Below are positions 20,707 to 32,025 of a stretch of DNA of 64,000 nucleotides, piece after piece. The notes under the pieces were generated by a model. The model saw nothing but the letters and a program-made list of their open reading frames with translations, had not been told where the DNA came from and did no database searches. The position numbers and the translations under genes are program-made. How positions within the stretch are numbered: the stretch's first letter is position 1; each line of letters begins with the position of its first letter. Source of the stretch: an uncultured Methanosarcinaceae archaeon (GTDB lineage Archaea > Halobacteriota > Methanosarcinia > Methanosarcinales > Methanosarcinaceae); NCBI GenBank assembly GCA_963721455.1, contig CAVRJG010000041.1, forward strand, positions 1-64,000, given 5' to 3'.

Positions 20707-23412
20707 ATGACTGAAATGATGACCCCTGCAATGCGCCAGTACTATGAAGCCAAGCAGGCACACCCTGACGCCCTGATCTTCTTCCGTATGGGGGACTTCT
20801 ACGAGTCCTTTGGGGAAGACGCAAAAACGATTGCCAAAGAGCTTGAGATTACACTGACAGCCCGGGGAAAGGACAAATCCGGGGAAAAAATGCCGCTTGC
20901 AGGAATTCCCTACCATGCTATTGACACTTACCTGCCGAGGCTCATAAACAAAGGATATAAAGTGGCTATCTGCGAACAACTCGAAGACCCGAAACAGGCA
21001 AAAGGAGTTGTAAAGCGGGGGGTTGTCAGGGTAGTCACGCCTGGCACGGCAATTGATTCTTCCATGTTTTCGGATGCCTCGAACAATTATCTCATGGCAG
21101 TCGCAGGGAGAGAAGTCGGAAAGTCCGGAAAAAATACCGAAAAGGAAATAGAAATCGAACTTGGAGTCTCCTTCCTGGACATTTCTACAGGGGAATTTCT
21201 TACAACACAGTTTCGGGACTCGGAGAGCTTTGAAAAGCTCCTGAGCGAACTTGCCCGCATGCGCCCTTCAGAATGTATTCTGCCCCCGTCCCTTTACAGA
21301 AATTCAGACTTTGTAGGCAGGTTGAAAGATCAGACCATTGTTCAGGAGTTTGCCCCTGAGATTTCTGGGGCCGGGGAAGCCGGAGAAAGGCTAAAAACCC
21401 ATTTCAAGGTTGCAACCCTTGAAGGCATGGGCTGTGAGAAACTGGATTTTGCAGTGTATTCTGCCTGGGCTGCCCTGGAATATGCACAGACCACGCAGAT
21501 GCGGGACCTTACTCATATCAATACGCTGCGTACGTACTCTAATTCCGAGTTTATGATCCTGGACTCGGTAACCCTGCGCAATCTCGAAATCGTGAAAAAT
21601 GTGCGAGACGAGGGGGACGAAAATTCCCTTTACCGCATTCTAAACTGTACAAAAACGCCTATGGGGAGCCGTACCCTGAAAAAATGGTTTTTAAAGCCCC
21701 TGCTTTCCGTAGAAAAAATTAATCTTCGGCTCGATGCCGTAGAAGAACTGGCAGCAACCCCCCTGCTCCGCTACGATCTCCGGAACTGGCTTTCAGAGGT
21801 TAGGGATATAGAACGCCTCGTAGGCAGGGTAGTATATGGAAACTCAAGCGCAAGGGACCTCATAGCCCTGAAAAAGTCCCTGGACGCCTTACCTCCTGTC
21901 CGGGATTCCCTGATGGAAAAAATCGGATCTGAACTATTAAAAGAGATTGCCGATGGGCTTGCAGCCTTTTCCGAACTTGAAAATCTGGCTGAGATGATCG
22001 GAAAAACAATAGTCGACGAGCCTCCTGTCTCGGTCAGGGAAGGGGGCATGATAAAGCCAGGATACAGTGCAGAACTTGATGAGCTCAGAGACATTGCCAG
22101 CAACAGCAAGCGGTGGATTGCAGTTTTTCAGCAGAAAGAGAAAGAGAAAAGCGGGATAAAGTCCCTGAAGGTTGGATACAACAAGGTCTTTGGGTATTAT
22201 ATCGAAATAACCAATGCCAACAGCAGCCAGGTGCCTGAAGACTACATCAGAAAACAGACCCTGGCAAATGCAGAGCGCTTTTTCACGCCTGAACTCAAGG
22301 AAAAAGAAAGCCTAATCCTGACAGCCAATGACAAAGCAAAGGCTCTCGAATACGAAATCTTTATGAAAATCACGCAGACTCTTTCAGCTCATTCGAGAGA
22401 ACTCCAGGAAACAGCCGAGAGGATAGGAGTTCTTGATGTCCTTACAGACCTGGCTGAGATTGCAGAAAATAACAGTTACATCCGGCCTCAGCTTACAGAC
22501 GACTGCAAGATCCTTATCCGGGATGGAAGGCATCCAGTAGTTGAAAATGCTCTACCGGGAGGTTTTGTCCCCAACGACACCGAAATGGACTGCAAGGAAA
22601 ACCAGTTTTTGCTGGTAACAGGCCCGAATATGGCAGGAAAGTCCACCTATATGCGTCAGACTGCCCTCATAGCTATTATGGCGCAGACAGGTGCTTTTGT
22701 CCCTGCATCCCATGCCTCCATAGGGATTATTGACCAGGTCTTTACAAGAATAGGGGCTTTCGATGACCTTGCAAGCGGACAGAGTACTTTTATGGTGGAA
22801 ATGGTCGAGCTTGCAAATATCCTGAACAATGCAAGCCCCAGAAGCCTTGTCCTTCTTGACGAAATCGGCAGGGGAACCAGTACTTATGATGGGTACAGCA
22901 TCGCAAAATCTGTTGTCGAGTTCCTGCATAACAGGGGGAAAGTCGGAGTAAGGGCGCTATTTGCAACCCATTACCACCAGCTCACAGCCCTTGAAGAGAA
23001 ATTGAAAAGGGTCAAAAATTACCATATCGCAGTAAAAGAAGAAGGCCATGAACTTGTATTCCTGCGAAAAATCGTGCCAGGGGCAACAGACAGGAGTTAC
23101 GGGATCCACGTTGCAAGGCTTGCAGGAGTCCCGGAAAAGGTTATCGAAAGGGCAAACGAAATTCTCAAGGAACTCGAAAAGGAAAACTTGCTTGAGGATG
23201 CCGAAGACAGCGAGAACGGAAAAAAAAGAAAAAGCAAAGCAACAGCACGCTATACACAGATGATGCTTTTTGACCCCGGAAGTGGCGCAGATTCTGCACA
23301 GGCAAGCAGGTCTGGTCCTGTGGAAGCAGCTCTGAGAATATTGAACGTGGAAGAAATGACGCCCATAGAAGCCCTGAATAAGCTCCACGAATTGAAAAGG
23401 CTGCTCGATTAA
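20707..23412 (+). CDS. mutS: DNA mismatch repair protein MutS
   Basis: TPAMRQY..FFRMGDFYE, TGPNMAGKSTYMRQ, STFMVEM, DEIGRGT, ATHYH, SYGIHVA. Confidence 0.98.
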   Translation: MTEMMTPAMRQYYEAKQAHPDALIFFRMGDFYESFGEDAKTIAKELEITLTARGKDKSGEKMPLAGIPYHAIDTYLPRLINKGYKVAICEQLEDPKQAKGVVKRGVVRVVTPGTAIDSSMFSDASNNYLMAVAGREVGKSGKNTEKEIEIELGVSFLDISTGEFLTTQFRDSESFEKLLSELARMRPSECILPPSLYRNSDFVGRLKDQTIVQEFAPEISGAGEAGERLKTHFKVATLEGMGCEKLDFAVYSAWAALEYAQTTQMRDLTHINTLRTYSNSEFMILDSVTLRNLEIVKNVRDEGDENSLYRILNCTKTPMGSRTLKKWFLKPLLSVEKINLRLDAVEELAATPLLRYDLRNWLSEVRDIERLVGRVVYGNSSARDLIALKKSLDALPPVRDSLMEKIGSELLKEIADGLAAFSELENLAEMIGKTIVDEPPVSVREGGMIKPGYSAELDELRDIASNSKRWIAVFQQKEKEKSGIKSLKVGYNKVFGYYIEITNANSSQVPEDYIRKQTLANAERFFTPELKEKESLILTANDKAKALEYEIFMKITQTLSAHSRELQETAERIGVLDVLTDLAEIAENNSYIRPQLTDDCKILIRDGRHPVVENALPGGFVPNDTEMDCKENQFLLVTGPNMAGKSTYMRQTALIAIMAQTGAFVPASHASIGIIDQVFTRIGAFDDLASGQSTFMVEMVELANILNNASPRSLVLLDEIGRGTSTYDGYSIAKSVVEFLHNRGKVGVRALFATHYHQLTALEEKLKRVKNYHIAVKEEGHELVFLRKIVPGATDRSYGIHVARLAGVPEKVIERANEILKELEKENLLEDAEDSENGKKRKSKATARYTQMMLFDPGSGADSAQASRSGPVEAALRILNVEEMTPIEALNKLHELKRLLD

Positions 23413-23436
23413 GGAGGTCAAGAATATTTAATGGAC

Positions 23437-23488
23437 TTTTTAAATGGCTTTTAAATTACTTTTAAATGGCTTTTAAATGGCTTTTAAA
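23437..23488. repeat. 11-bp tandem repeat TTTTAAATGGC (~4 copies) between mutS and mutL
   Basis: ttttaaatggc ttttaaattac ttttaaatggc ttttaaatggc ttttaaa. Confidence 0.8.
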
Positions 23489-23532
23489 GGGCATCTAAAG
23501 GGTATCGAAATGATTTTTTACAGGATGTTCAA

Positions 23533-25587
23533 ATGATATTTTTCTGGTCTGGACGGAGTAAAGGAATGATGAAAGAACATATTGAAGTGAAGGGGAAAGT
23601 GCAGGGAAATAAAATCCGAATCCTTGATAAGGATACGATAAACAAAATTGCAGCAGGAGAAGTAATAGAACGCCCTGCATCCGTAGTAAAGGAGCTGATA
23701 GATAACTCAGTCGATGCAGGAGCTACCGACATCCGGATCGAGGTTGAAAAAGGCGGAAAAAACTCTATCCTTGTCCGGGACAATGGTTGCGGAATGAGCA
23801 GGGATGATGCTCTTCTTGCATACAAAAAGCACGCAACGAGCAAACTCACGCGGATCGAAGATCTGGATACTGTTTCTACAATGGGTTTCAGGGGAGAAGC
23901 TCTTTCCTCTATTACAGCCATTGCAAAGGTGGAAATCCTTACCCGGCCCCTGGAAGAAATTACAGGCACTAAGATAGTAATCCATGGGGGAAAGGTACTG
24001 GATACCTCGGATGCAGGCGTGGCTCCAGGCACTTCAGTGTACTTAAAAGACCTGTTTTATAACACTCCTGCAAGGCGGAAATACTTGAAAAGTGACCGTA
24101 CGGAACTTGCTCATATTACCGATACCGTCACGCAGCTTGCCCTGGCAAATCCGGATATTTCCTTTACCCTGTTAAGTGAAGGAAAACCGGTCATCAGAAA
24201 CGCGGGATCCAGCGATCCTTTTAAGAGTATTGTGAATCTCCTGGGGCCAGATACTGCTCGTTCAATGCTCCCCCTGGAATACAGTACCGAAGACTTTGAG
24301 ATTCGGGGATACATCTCAAAGCCCGAAACCACCAGAGGAGAAAGTGACCAGCTTTTCCTTTTCGTAAACACCCGCCCAGTAGCTTCAAGAGCTATCAGTA
24401 AATCTATTCGCGAAGGATACTACACCAAGATCCCAAAAGGACGCTATCCTGTGGCAGTACTCTCCCTTATTCTTGATCCCGGAGAGGTGGATGTGAATGT
24501 GCACCCCCGCAAAGCCGAGGTCCGCTTCAGCCGGGAAAAAGAGCTTGGGAACGTGGTCACATTTGCGATTGAGGAGGTTCTCTCCGGACATGCTCTCGTA
24601 CCCGAGATCAGGGAAAAAAGGGACCGGGTTTCTCAGAAAACCTTCGAAGTTTCAGGTTCTTCAGGCAGATTGCAGGTATCAGAATCTCCGGAAACCTTCC
24701 AAAAAAAGGTAGCTGGAAAGGAAACAGAGGTTTCGGGAAAAGCCGGGGTTCTTGAAAGCGGCAAAATCCTGAGAGAAAAGGCTGAAACCTACACCTATCC
24801 AGTAAAAGATACCGAAAGAAAGTTAAAAAAATCCGAGCGCTTCCTGGACTTTACCGGAGAGGGGGGAGCGCAGGAAATCCTGAGAGAAAAAGAGCAGGAT
24901 AGTAAAAAAGAGGCGGAAAAACAGAAAGAAAAAGAGAAAGACGGAGAGGGGGAAAGGGGAAAAATAAATACAGAAGAGAGGCAAAAGCCGAAACAAAAAC
25001 CAAATACGGACCCTCTCGAAGACCTGCGGATTATAGGGCAGGTCTCTAAACTGTATATCCTTGCCGAAAAAGGAGAAGACCTTGTGCTTATTGACCAGCA
25101 TGCAGCTCACGAGAGAATCCTTTATGAGCAGGTTTTGAAAATGAAACAGTCCAGGGTACAGGAGCTGATAACTCCTGTAACCATAGACCTTACCCCTAAA
25201 GAAAAAGTGCTCATGGAAGAATACATTCCTTATCTGGAAGAGTGCGGCTTCGGGATCTCGGAGTTCGGGGATAATACCTACGTGGTTACCTTCGTGCCTG
25301 AGGTCTTCGGGCGGCTTGAGAATCCGGAAGTTGTCCATGACGTAGTCTCTGACCTTCTAGCTTCAGGAAAAGTTAAAAAGGATACAGGGATTTCGGAAAA
25401 AGTCTGCAAGACGCTTGCATGCAGGGCAGCAATCAAAGGGGGAGCAGCCTGTAACCCCAGGCAGATGGAAGAGCTGATAGAACAGCTCAAAAAGGCTGAA
25501 AATCCCTACTCCTGCCCTCATGGAAGGCCCACTGTGGTCACATTTACGAAAGGAGAACTGGACCGTATGTTTGCAAGGGTCCAGTAA
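23533..25587 (+). CDS. mutL: DNA mismatch repair endonuclease MutL (start may be slightly downstream)
   Basis: KIAAGEVIERP, GFRGEAL, DVNVHP, DQHAAHERILYE, ACRAAIK, CPHGRP. Confidence 0.97.
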   Translation: MIFFWSGRSKGMMKEHIEVKGKVQGNKIRILDKDTINKIAAGEVIERPASVVKELIDNSVDAGATDIRIEVEKGGKNSILVRDNGCGMSRDDALLAYKKHATSKLTRIEDLDTVSTMGFRGEALSSITAIAKVEILTRPLEEITGTKIVIHGGKVLDTSDAGVAPGTSVYLKDLFYNTPARRKYLKSDRTELAHITDTVTQLALANPDISFTLLSEGKPVIRNAGSSDPFKSIVNLLGPDTARSMLPLEYSTEDFEIRGYISKPETTRGESDQLFLFVNTRPVASRAISKSIREGYYTKIPKGRYPVAVLSLILDPGEVDVNVHPRKAEVRFSREKELGNVVTFAIEEVLSGHALVPEIREKRDRVSQKTFEVSGSSGRLQVSESPETFQKKVAGKETEVSGKAGVLESGKILREKAETYTYPVKDTERKLKKSERFLDFTGEGGAQEILREKEQDSKKEAEKQKEKEKDGEGERGKINTEERQKPKQKPNTDPLEDLRIIGQVSKLYILAEKGEDLVLIDQHAAHERILYEQVLKMKQSRVQELITPVTIDLTPKEKVLMEEYIPYLEECGFGISEFGDNTYVVTFVPEVFGRLENPEVVHDVVSDLLASGKVKKDTGISEKVCKTLACRAAIKGGAACNPRQMEELIEQLKKAENPYSCPHGRPTVVTFTKGELDRMFARVQ

Positions 25588-25844
25588 AACTGGCTGCGGC
25601 CCGGGAAAATTAATCGGTTCGGTTTTTCTCCGTGTTTTCCGGTTATTTTAGAGTCAGATGAACATATATTCCAAAGAGGAATTTGTTTCAGAGTGGTTAG
25701 AATACGCGATTCGTAGATCGGATGTATAGAGATTAGATAGGGGGTATATAGGCAATATATTCGCGATCAATCGACATACTTCTATATTGAAAAACGGCAC
25801 TGAGTTTCCTATATATTTATATAATATAACTTAAGATGTAGTGA

Positions 25845-26025
25845 TGGATGTCAGGCGCGTACTGACATCTTAATAGGCATCATTCCACAAAGCTATTTTT
25901 CACACACCAACCCCAAACCCAAATCCCAAAAAGGAACGTATCCCCAATAGTTCCATATTCCAGGAAAAACCCCAATTTCCACAAAAACAACCCCCCCACT
26001 CCTGGAATGATGCCACCTCTTTTCT
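25845..26025 (+). ncRNA. Candidate ~180-nt structured sRNA with C-rich single-stranded loop
   Basis: TATA-like TTTATATA at ~25815; hairpin 25847-25869; perfect 12-bp long-range stem 25876-25887/26003-26014; oligo-T end; no ORF. Confidence 0.55.
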
Positions 26026-26215
26026 ATAATTCTGCAATCTGTTTCTTTCCGGACAGCCTTCTTTTACACCTCGTGCTGTTGAGATTACATCGCAACTCCC
26101 AGAAAATCTCCGATTTCCTGTGATCCCGAAGCGAAATTCGGGCGGAAATCAATTGGGCTCTTTTCCGATTTTCACGTCAATACATTTATAATAAAAAACC
26201 TCCGAGTATTCTTCC

Positions 26216-27235
26216 ATGATAGATCCTGTTAACAATTTCAAGATCCCTGAAGATTGGATTGTCCGTACCGGGCTGCCCAGGGAAGAGCTTGAAACAAAAG
26301 TAGCATCCGGGATGATTGTGGTTCTGAGTGACGGGTCTGTCCTCAAACGAGGGTACACTACAGGAACTACAGCCAGTGCTGCTGCAAAAGCCGCTGTCCT
26401 TTCTCTTAAGAAAACGGTCGACTGCGTATCCGTCCCGACTCCTGTGGGACTGAGGGCCCACCTCGATGTCAGCGAATCCTCTCCAGGGCGTGCAGTTGTA
26501 AAAAAGATTGGGAATGACCACGAATCCGATATTACCCGGGGGCTTGAGTTTGTGGGTGAAGCCAGGGAAGCCGAAGGAGTCCGAATTTACGGAGGAAAAG
26601 GCATAGGAATTGTTCGAAGGGACGGGCTCCAGGTTCCTCGAGACCAGCCAGCTATTAACCCAAAACCAATGGGACAGATAAAAGCCGCAGTGCAGGAAGC
26701 TGTAGAGGAACTGGGCCTGAGAGGAGCAGAGGTTACAATCTCAATTCCTGACGGGGAAAGGGTCGGAAAGGAGACTCTGAACAGCAGGATAGGGGTGGAA
26801 GGCGGGATTTCTGTTCTTGGGAGCACGGGTTTTGTTGAGCCCTGGAACGACCACCTCGGAGAGATGAAAGGAGACCTTATTCGCTGTACGGACAGAGTGG
26901 TCCTGACTACAGGCCGGATAGGGATGCGTTACTCTTACATGCTTTTTCCTGATTATACAGTCGTTATGGTCGGAAGCAGGATCTCAGAAGGGCTTGATTA
27001 TGCATCGGGGGATATCATTATCTGCGGGCTTCCGGGCCTTGTCCTTAAATGGGGGAACCCGGACATGCTTGAAGGCAGCGGATACGTAACTGTCGTCGAG
27101 ATGCTTGAAAAGGCGCCTGAACACGAGCGCCTGAAAGAAGCCTTCGAGATGGCAATCGAGAAAGGGAAAGGCGCAAGAATTGTTGTGATCGACAGGGACG
27201 GGTCTGTCCTGATGGACAGCAAAAGTGAGAGTTAA
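26216..27235 (+). CDS. cbiD: Cobalt-precorrin-5B C1-methyltransferase
   Basis: [46 protein letters not shown]. Confidence 0.95.
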   Translation: MIDPVNNFKIPEDWIVRTGLPREELETKVASGMIVVLSDGSVLKRGYTTGTTASAAAKAAVLSLKKTVDCVSVPTPVGLRAHLDVSESSPGRAVVKKIGNDHESDITRGLEFVGEAREAEGVRIYGGKGIGIVRRDGLQVPRDQPAINPKPMGQIKAAVQEAVEELGLRGAEVTISIPDGERVGKETLNSRIGVEGGISVLGSTGFVEPWNDHLGEMKGDLIRCTDRVVLTTGRIGMRYSYMLFPDYTVVMVGSRISEGLDYASGDIIICGLPGLVLKWGNPDMLEGSGYVTVVEMLEKAPEHERLKEAFEMAIEKGKGARIVVIDRDGSVLMDSKSES

Positions 27236-27389
27236 ACGAAAAACTGAAGAATTATACTGGAAAAGCTGAAGAATTAAAATGAATAAGCTGAAAAAATTTC
27301 ATAGTAAATTTTACAGTAAATTTCACAGTTAAATCCAGACCATGAAAGCGAAATTAATAAAACTTAACAGGTAAAGGGGAAGAAAATTA

Positions 27390-27977
27390 ATGATTGTGGT
27401 AGGAGTCGGAGTCGGGCCCGGAATGCTCACGGAAGAAGGAATAAAGGCGATAAGGAAAGCATCTGTGGTTTATGGCGCAAAAAGAGCCCTTGAACTCGCA
27501 CAGGAGTATATTACCTGCGAAGCAAAACCGATTAAGGACTATAAGTCGCTTCACCTCCTGCCGGTAGACGCAGTTGTCTTATCCACAGGAGACCCCATGT
27601 TTTCAGGGCTCGGGAAATTTGCAGGGGAAAAAGATACCGTGATTCCAGGGATTTCTTCAATGCAGGTGGCATGTGCGCGTACGAAAGTGAACCTGACCAA
27701 CCTCTGTGCAATCACAGCCCACGGCAGGGACTTTGAGCCAGCAAAAGCCGAACTGATCCGGGAACTAAGGAACGGGAGAAATATCTTCCTGCTGCCGGAA
27801 GAAACATTCGGCTCCCTTGAGGTTGCAGAGGTACTGAAAGAGCTGGGTATAGAAGCCGAACTTTACACCTGCGAAAACCTCGGTTATCCTGAAGAAAGGA
27901 TCGCAAAAGGCACGCCTGAAAATCCGCCTGTTCCCGAAACAATTCTCTACGGGTTGCTTGTAGTGCAAAAAAGGTAA
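27390..27977 (+). CDS. cbiE: Cobalt-precorrin-7 C5-methyltransferase
   Basis: VVGVGVGPG, LSTGDPMFSGLG, IPGISSMQVACAR, AHGR, CENLGYPEERI. Confidence 0.9.
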   Translation: MIVVGVGVGPGMLTEEGIKAIRKASVVYGAKRALELAQEYITCEAKPIKDYKSLHLLPVDAVVLSTGDPMFSGLGKFAGEKDTVIPGISSMQVACARTKVNLTNLCAITAHGRDFEPAKAELIRELRNGRNIFLLPEETFGSLEVAEVLKELGIEAELYTCENLGYPEERIAKGTPENPPVPETILYGLLVVQKR

Positions 27978-28042
27978 ACATAGTTTCAAAGTCAAAAATG
28001 ATTTAGATCTGTCGAGAGGTTGAATCCAGGAAACCCCTAAAC

Positions 28043-28147
28043 CCGATAGAACCTGTGAATCCGATAGAACCCATGAATCCGGTGGAGCGAATAGAGCCTG
28101 TGAATCCGATAGAACCCATGAATCCGGTGGAGCGAATAGAGCCTGTG
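28043..28147. repeat. Intergenic tandem repeat: 45-bp unit x2 built from 18-bp subunits
   Basis: CCTGTGAATCCGATAGAACCCATGAATCCGGTGGAGCGAATAGAG repeated between the convergent cbiE and peptidase genes. Confidence 0.85.
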
Positions 28148-28247
28148 CATCGGCTGGAACAGGTGAAATGATTGAAAACCGGGACCGAAAATTGTAACAG
28201 GAAAAATCAAATAACAATTTTCGGAGATAATTTGATTCTGCCTTTAT

Positions 28248-29012
28248 TCAGCCTACCATCAGGCGCATGACAGTATAAAAAATCAAATCCCCGAAAATGA
28301 CAGCAGTTATAAAGCCCGCTGTAATTGAAAGCATGAACGGCAAGCCGGGAGTAACCCAGATATCTTTTTCAATCAATCCTTTTTTCAGATACTCTTCAAG
28401 TTCTGGCCTCTGGTTTGCATCGAAGTTAAGCCCTGTCCGCGCAAACCCTCTTTTGAGACTTCCGCTTTCGTCAAGCTCAAACCTCTCAAGCAGGCCAAGG
28501 TGTTTCTTATATTTCAGAGAAGAGACCTCAGTTCTGTATCCTATGAACATGTAAAGAGGTGTTTTGACCATCTCAGGCGAGAAATGCAGGAGGTTGTAGC
28601 AGAACATTCCGAGGGGAACAAGGGTCGTCAGCAGGAGAGCATTTCCCAGGACCGTGAAAGTAAAAAGCCCTAAAGGAGGGAGCCCGAACAGGGGATATAC
28701 TTTTCCTGAAAAACTAAAAACCGGGTAGGAAGGAAAAAGGATGGAAAGCACTATCAGCCCTTTTGCATCGCCGCCCCCGAAAGCTCCAAGCTGGAAGAGG
28801 ATATAAACCACAGTAAAAACAACAACTCCCGAAAAAAGAAGAGGTATAAGGTGGGAAATTCCTCCGATAAAAAGTTCATAGAGTACAAAAACGGACCCTG
28901 AAGTAAGCATGTATTTCCAGACTTTATTTGAGACCCTGCGGGAATCCAGGTCCGAATAACACGAATACAGCAAAAATGGCATGCTGAAGAGGATTTTGAG
29001 GATTTCTATCAT
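28248..29012 (-). CDS. A24 prepilin/prearchaellin peptidase (FlaK/PibD family)
   Basis: YSDLDSRRVSN, FGGGDAK catalytic motif, IWVTPGLPFM. Confidence 0.9.
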   Translation of the reverse strand: MIEILKILFSMPFLLYSCYSDLDSRRVSNKVWKYMLTSGSVFVLYELFIGGISHLIPLLFSGVVVFTVVYILFQLGAFGGGDAKGLIVLSILFPSYPVFSFSGKVYPLFGLPPLGLFTFTVLGNALLLTTLVPLGMFCYNLLHFSPEMVKTPLYMFIGYRTEVSSLKYKKHLGLLERFELDESGSLKRGFARTGLNFDANQRPELEEYLKKGLIEKDIWVTPGLPFMLSITAGFITAVIFGDLIFYTVMRLMVG

Positions 29013-29299
29013 TTCTACCCTGCACTGAAATTAGTTTTATAGTTATTCACATTTATCACTTATTTACTTTATTGATCGTGTGGAAACTTCTCCGGTAAAC
29101 CGGCTGAGATTTCAATCATAAAATGAAAACATTCCGGGATGTAAACCAGGGCTGAAAACCAGGGAAAAGAAAAAACATAAAAAATAATCACATAACATGT
29201 CAGGGAAGCCCCCAATATGGTTAACAAGCGATAAGCTTATACATAAGAAGTTCTATTTTATGGTTGCTTAACCCTTATTAATTTTCAAATGCAATCTAT

Positions 29300-29373
29300 G
29301 GGCTCGTGGTCTAGACGGTTATGACGTCGCCTTCACACGGCGGAGGTCCTGAGTTCGAATCTCAGCGGGCCCA
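29300..29373 (+). tRNA. tRNA-Val(CAC), integration target
   Basis: GGGCTCG/CGGGCCC acceptor stem, TCGCC-TT-CAC-AC-GGCGG anticodon arm, GAGTTCGAATCTC T-arm. Confidence 0.96.
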
Positions 29374-29451
29374 CTACTTCTCTTTTTTGTCTTTGTTTTC
29401 CTTATATGGTTTCAATCATCTCTTGGTTTTTAATTGATTGCTTTTAACTGT

Positions 29452-29560
29452 GAGCCCATCCCAAAACCGATTTTATTTTTGGTATCGATAAGAATTTTAG
29501 AACAATTTTCGTAACCGGAAACTAGATTGACTATTGCGAATTGAATTTTGGGATGGGCTC
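29452..29560. mobile_element. 109-bp MITE, 15-bp perfect TIR GAGCCCATCCCAAAA, 3-bp TGT flanks
   Basis: gagcccatcccaaaa ... ttttgggatgggctc with TGT on both sides. Confidence 0.75.
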
Positions 29561-29638
29561 TGTAAAAGATTAGCAAACATATACTTTTTAACATGGCTCT
29601 TAAAATGAAAACGCGGCGTATAAATAGCCACAGAAACA

Positions 29639-31291
29639 ATGAACACTAGCATGGAAAACTTAAGGTGTCATTGCTGTGGAAATGATTTATACATTAAGGA
29701 AATGAATGAAAACGGATATATTTTATTTTGCCCTTATTGTTTGGATTTGGTTCCAATAGACAAAAGTAAATCACTGGATCTACTTAAAAATTATTCAAAT
29801 AATGTAAGAAAGGTTGCTTCTGAATGTCTTAGCTCATTTTCAAAAGAAAAAATCATTAAAGATTTTATGAATTTTAGAGAAATTACTTTTAAAGATGAAG
29901 AAGCTATTAATTTTAACCTAAAACGGTGTATAATTTCAACATTAATTATTGGAGATTGTTTAAAAAATACTTCAGGAAGAAATTATACTAACTGTGTACC
30001 TTATAATTTTGAGGATTTGTATTTCTTTTACGAAAAGTTATATTTTGCTAATAATTCTATTGTTGAAATAGAAGAGGGCTTTTCTAGTATTTTTCCTTCA
30101 TCAGAAAAACTAAATGAATTAATTCCCCAAATTAGAAAAATATCTTTTGAATTTGAAAGAAAGGAATATTGCTACATTCCTAAGCAAATTTGGCAATACT
30201 ACAACAATACACTAGAATTCAGTACTTTATTATCTTCACACTTAAGAAAAAATCATTCTTTATTTAAGCAAATAGAGAAAAACAGGAAAACAAATGAAAA
30301 AATAACGAAACTTAATTTAAAATGCCAAAGAGCTACAAAGTGGCAGAAGAAGAAAATATATAACGAAATAGAGTTGCTTAAAAAAGAAAAAATATATTCA
30401 TTATTAGAAATGATTTATAATGGTTTTCATGCTGTATATTTAGATGCGGAAATTTTTTCTTTTAAGGAACTTCAGGAAATTGACTTAGAAGGGCCAGTTT
30501 CTAAAATCATAGGAAGTTTAATCGCTTACAAAAAAGGAAACTCTATTAGGTATGAAGACAGTCCACTTTATTATGAAATAACTTTTGAGGGATTTAGAAA
30601 AATATGCGAAGGTTGTAATGTAAATGTGGATATGTGCTATGATTTATTAGTATCATCCGAAATGCATTGTAAAGAGTTCCCTCTGCTCATCGAAATAAAC
30701 TCAACAATCTTTATTTGTCCAGAATTTTTAACTTTTATATGGTCCTTTATTAAATTTAAATATAACAGCAAGAGTTTTAAAGATGAAACTGGAACGTTGC
30801 TGGGAAAAAATTTTGAAACTGAAGTAGAAGAATTATTCAGATCGCAGGGATTCAGATTAGAACATCCAATTCATAAAAATAATAAGTTAACAGATAAAAA
30901 AATATCTTTTAATGATAATTCTGGGAAAAATTTAAAGTTCGAAATTGACCTAATTCCATATAACGATAAGTTCATTTTTGTTGTTGAATGTAAAAGATAC
31001 AACTTAAAACCAAATTATATTTACGAAAAGGAGAGAAGACTAAGATTTTGTGGAAATAAAGGAATTAAAGACGAAATTAACAACAAACATATTCATAGAA
31101 TTAATTATATTAAAGCAAATTATGGTGAATTTGGCTTTAATTCTGAAAAGGAAGTTAAAGGACTAATAGTGACATACGTTAAAGAAGAATTTAGCAACTA
31201 CCACGGGGTAGATGTTGTAGCATTCTCTGAATTATCAAATTATTTGAAATCTTTTACTTTAACTTTAAAAATCTTAAATAATAAAAAATAG
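29639..31291 (+). CDS. Hypothetical protein: N-terminal Zn ribbon, C-terminal PD-(D/E)XK nuclease-like domain
   Basis: CHCC..CPYC; GKNFETEVEELF..FEIDLIP..FVVECKRY; very AT-rich. Confidence 0.7.
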   Translation: MNTSMENLRCHCCGNDLYIKEMNENGYILFCPYCLDLVPIDKSKSLDLLKNYSNNVRKVASECLSSFSKEKIIKDFMNFREITFKDEEAINFNLKRCIISTLIIGDCLKNTSGRNYTNCVPYNFEDLYFFYEKLYFANNSIVEIEEGFSSIFPSSEKLNELIPQIRKISFEFERKEYCYIPKQIWQYYNNTLEFSTLLSSHLRKNHSLFKQIEKNRKTNEKITKLNLKCQRATKWQKKKIYNEIELLKKEKIYSLLEMIYNGFHAVYLDAEIFSFKELQEIDLEGPVSKIIGSLIAYKKGNSIRYEDSPLYYEITFEGFRKICEGCNVNVDMCYDLLVSSEMHCKEFPLLIEINSTIFICPEFLTFIWSFIKFKYNSKSFKDETGTLLGKNFETEVEELFRSQGFRLEHPIHKNNKLTDKKISFNDNSGKNLKFEIDLIPYNDKFIFVVECKRYNLKPNYIYEKERRLRFCGNKGIKDEINNKHIHRINYIKANYGEFGFNSEKEVKGLIVTYVKEEFSNYHGVDVVAFSELSNYLKSFTLTLKILNNKK

Positions 31292-32025
31292 CAGTAAATT
31301 GGATTAAAATACTAAATTTTTTCTTAAGACTTTGATTAAAATTTTGGTAGCTTCTGTCATTCATCAGATTTTTCGAAAAGGGCCGGATACTTTTCTCTTA
31401 ATAGTATGAGGATCTTTTCATCTAATTTCACTATCATAAAATGTATTCACTTTGAAAACTTGGTTAGGTGATAAACCTTTTCAACTCCTTCAAGGTTAGC
31501 TTTGATAAGCTAAGCCTCAACAAGATCAGCTTCTTGAAAGATTTGTATAATCAATTTAGGAATCGCTAAAGAATAACTTCACATTTCAAATTCGGGAATT
31601 ACTTTACAATTCCATTTCCGCGAATAATCGTCGAATACGATTTTCATGGTTTCCTGAACTTTTCACTTACTGTTCTTGCCTTTGCATAAACTGTATTTTT
31701 GATAGTCGATAACATTTTTACTCCTGTTGATGTAGAAGTCTTATCAATAAGGCTTTTCTACGCCACGTGATAAATACATAGCAATAGCAACACCATCTGA
31801 GCAAGCACGGTAACATGTTTCAGCACTAAGCTCTGTGTAATATTAAATTGGTACTTGAAGATATGAGGAATACTGAGCCATTTTGAATGTTCAGATCACG
31901 AATTTCCGACAACTAAGTTTTTTGTAAAGCTTCCTTAAATATACTTCTTTCCTTGGAAATGTTTACAAGTCCGTTATCAGCTAAAGTTAAAACTCTAGAA
32001 TTGGAGTGCTTATGGTGATAAATTT

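Noticed and set aside
27765-28217. 150-aa ORF with repeated QALFAPPDSWVLSD
   Set aside because: Product of the intergenic 45-bp tandem repeat, and it overlaps cbiE antisense.
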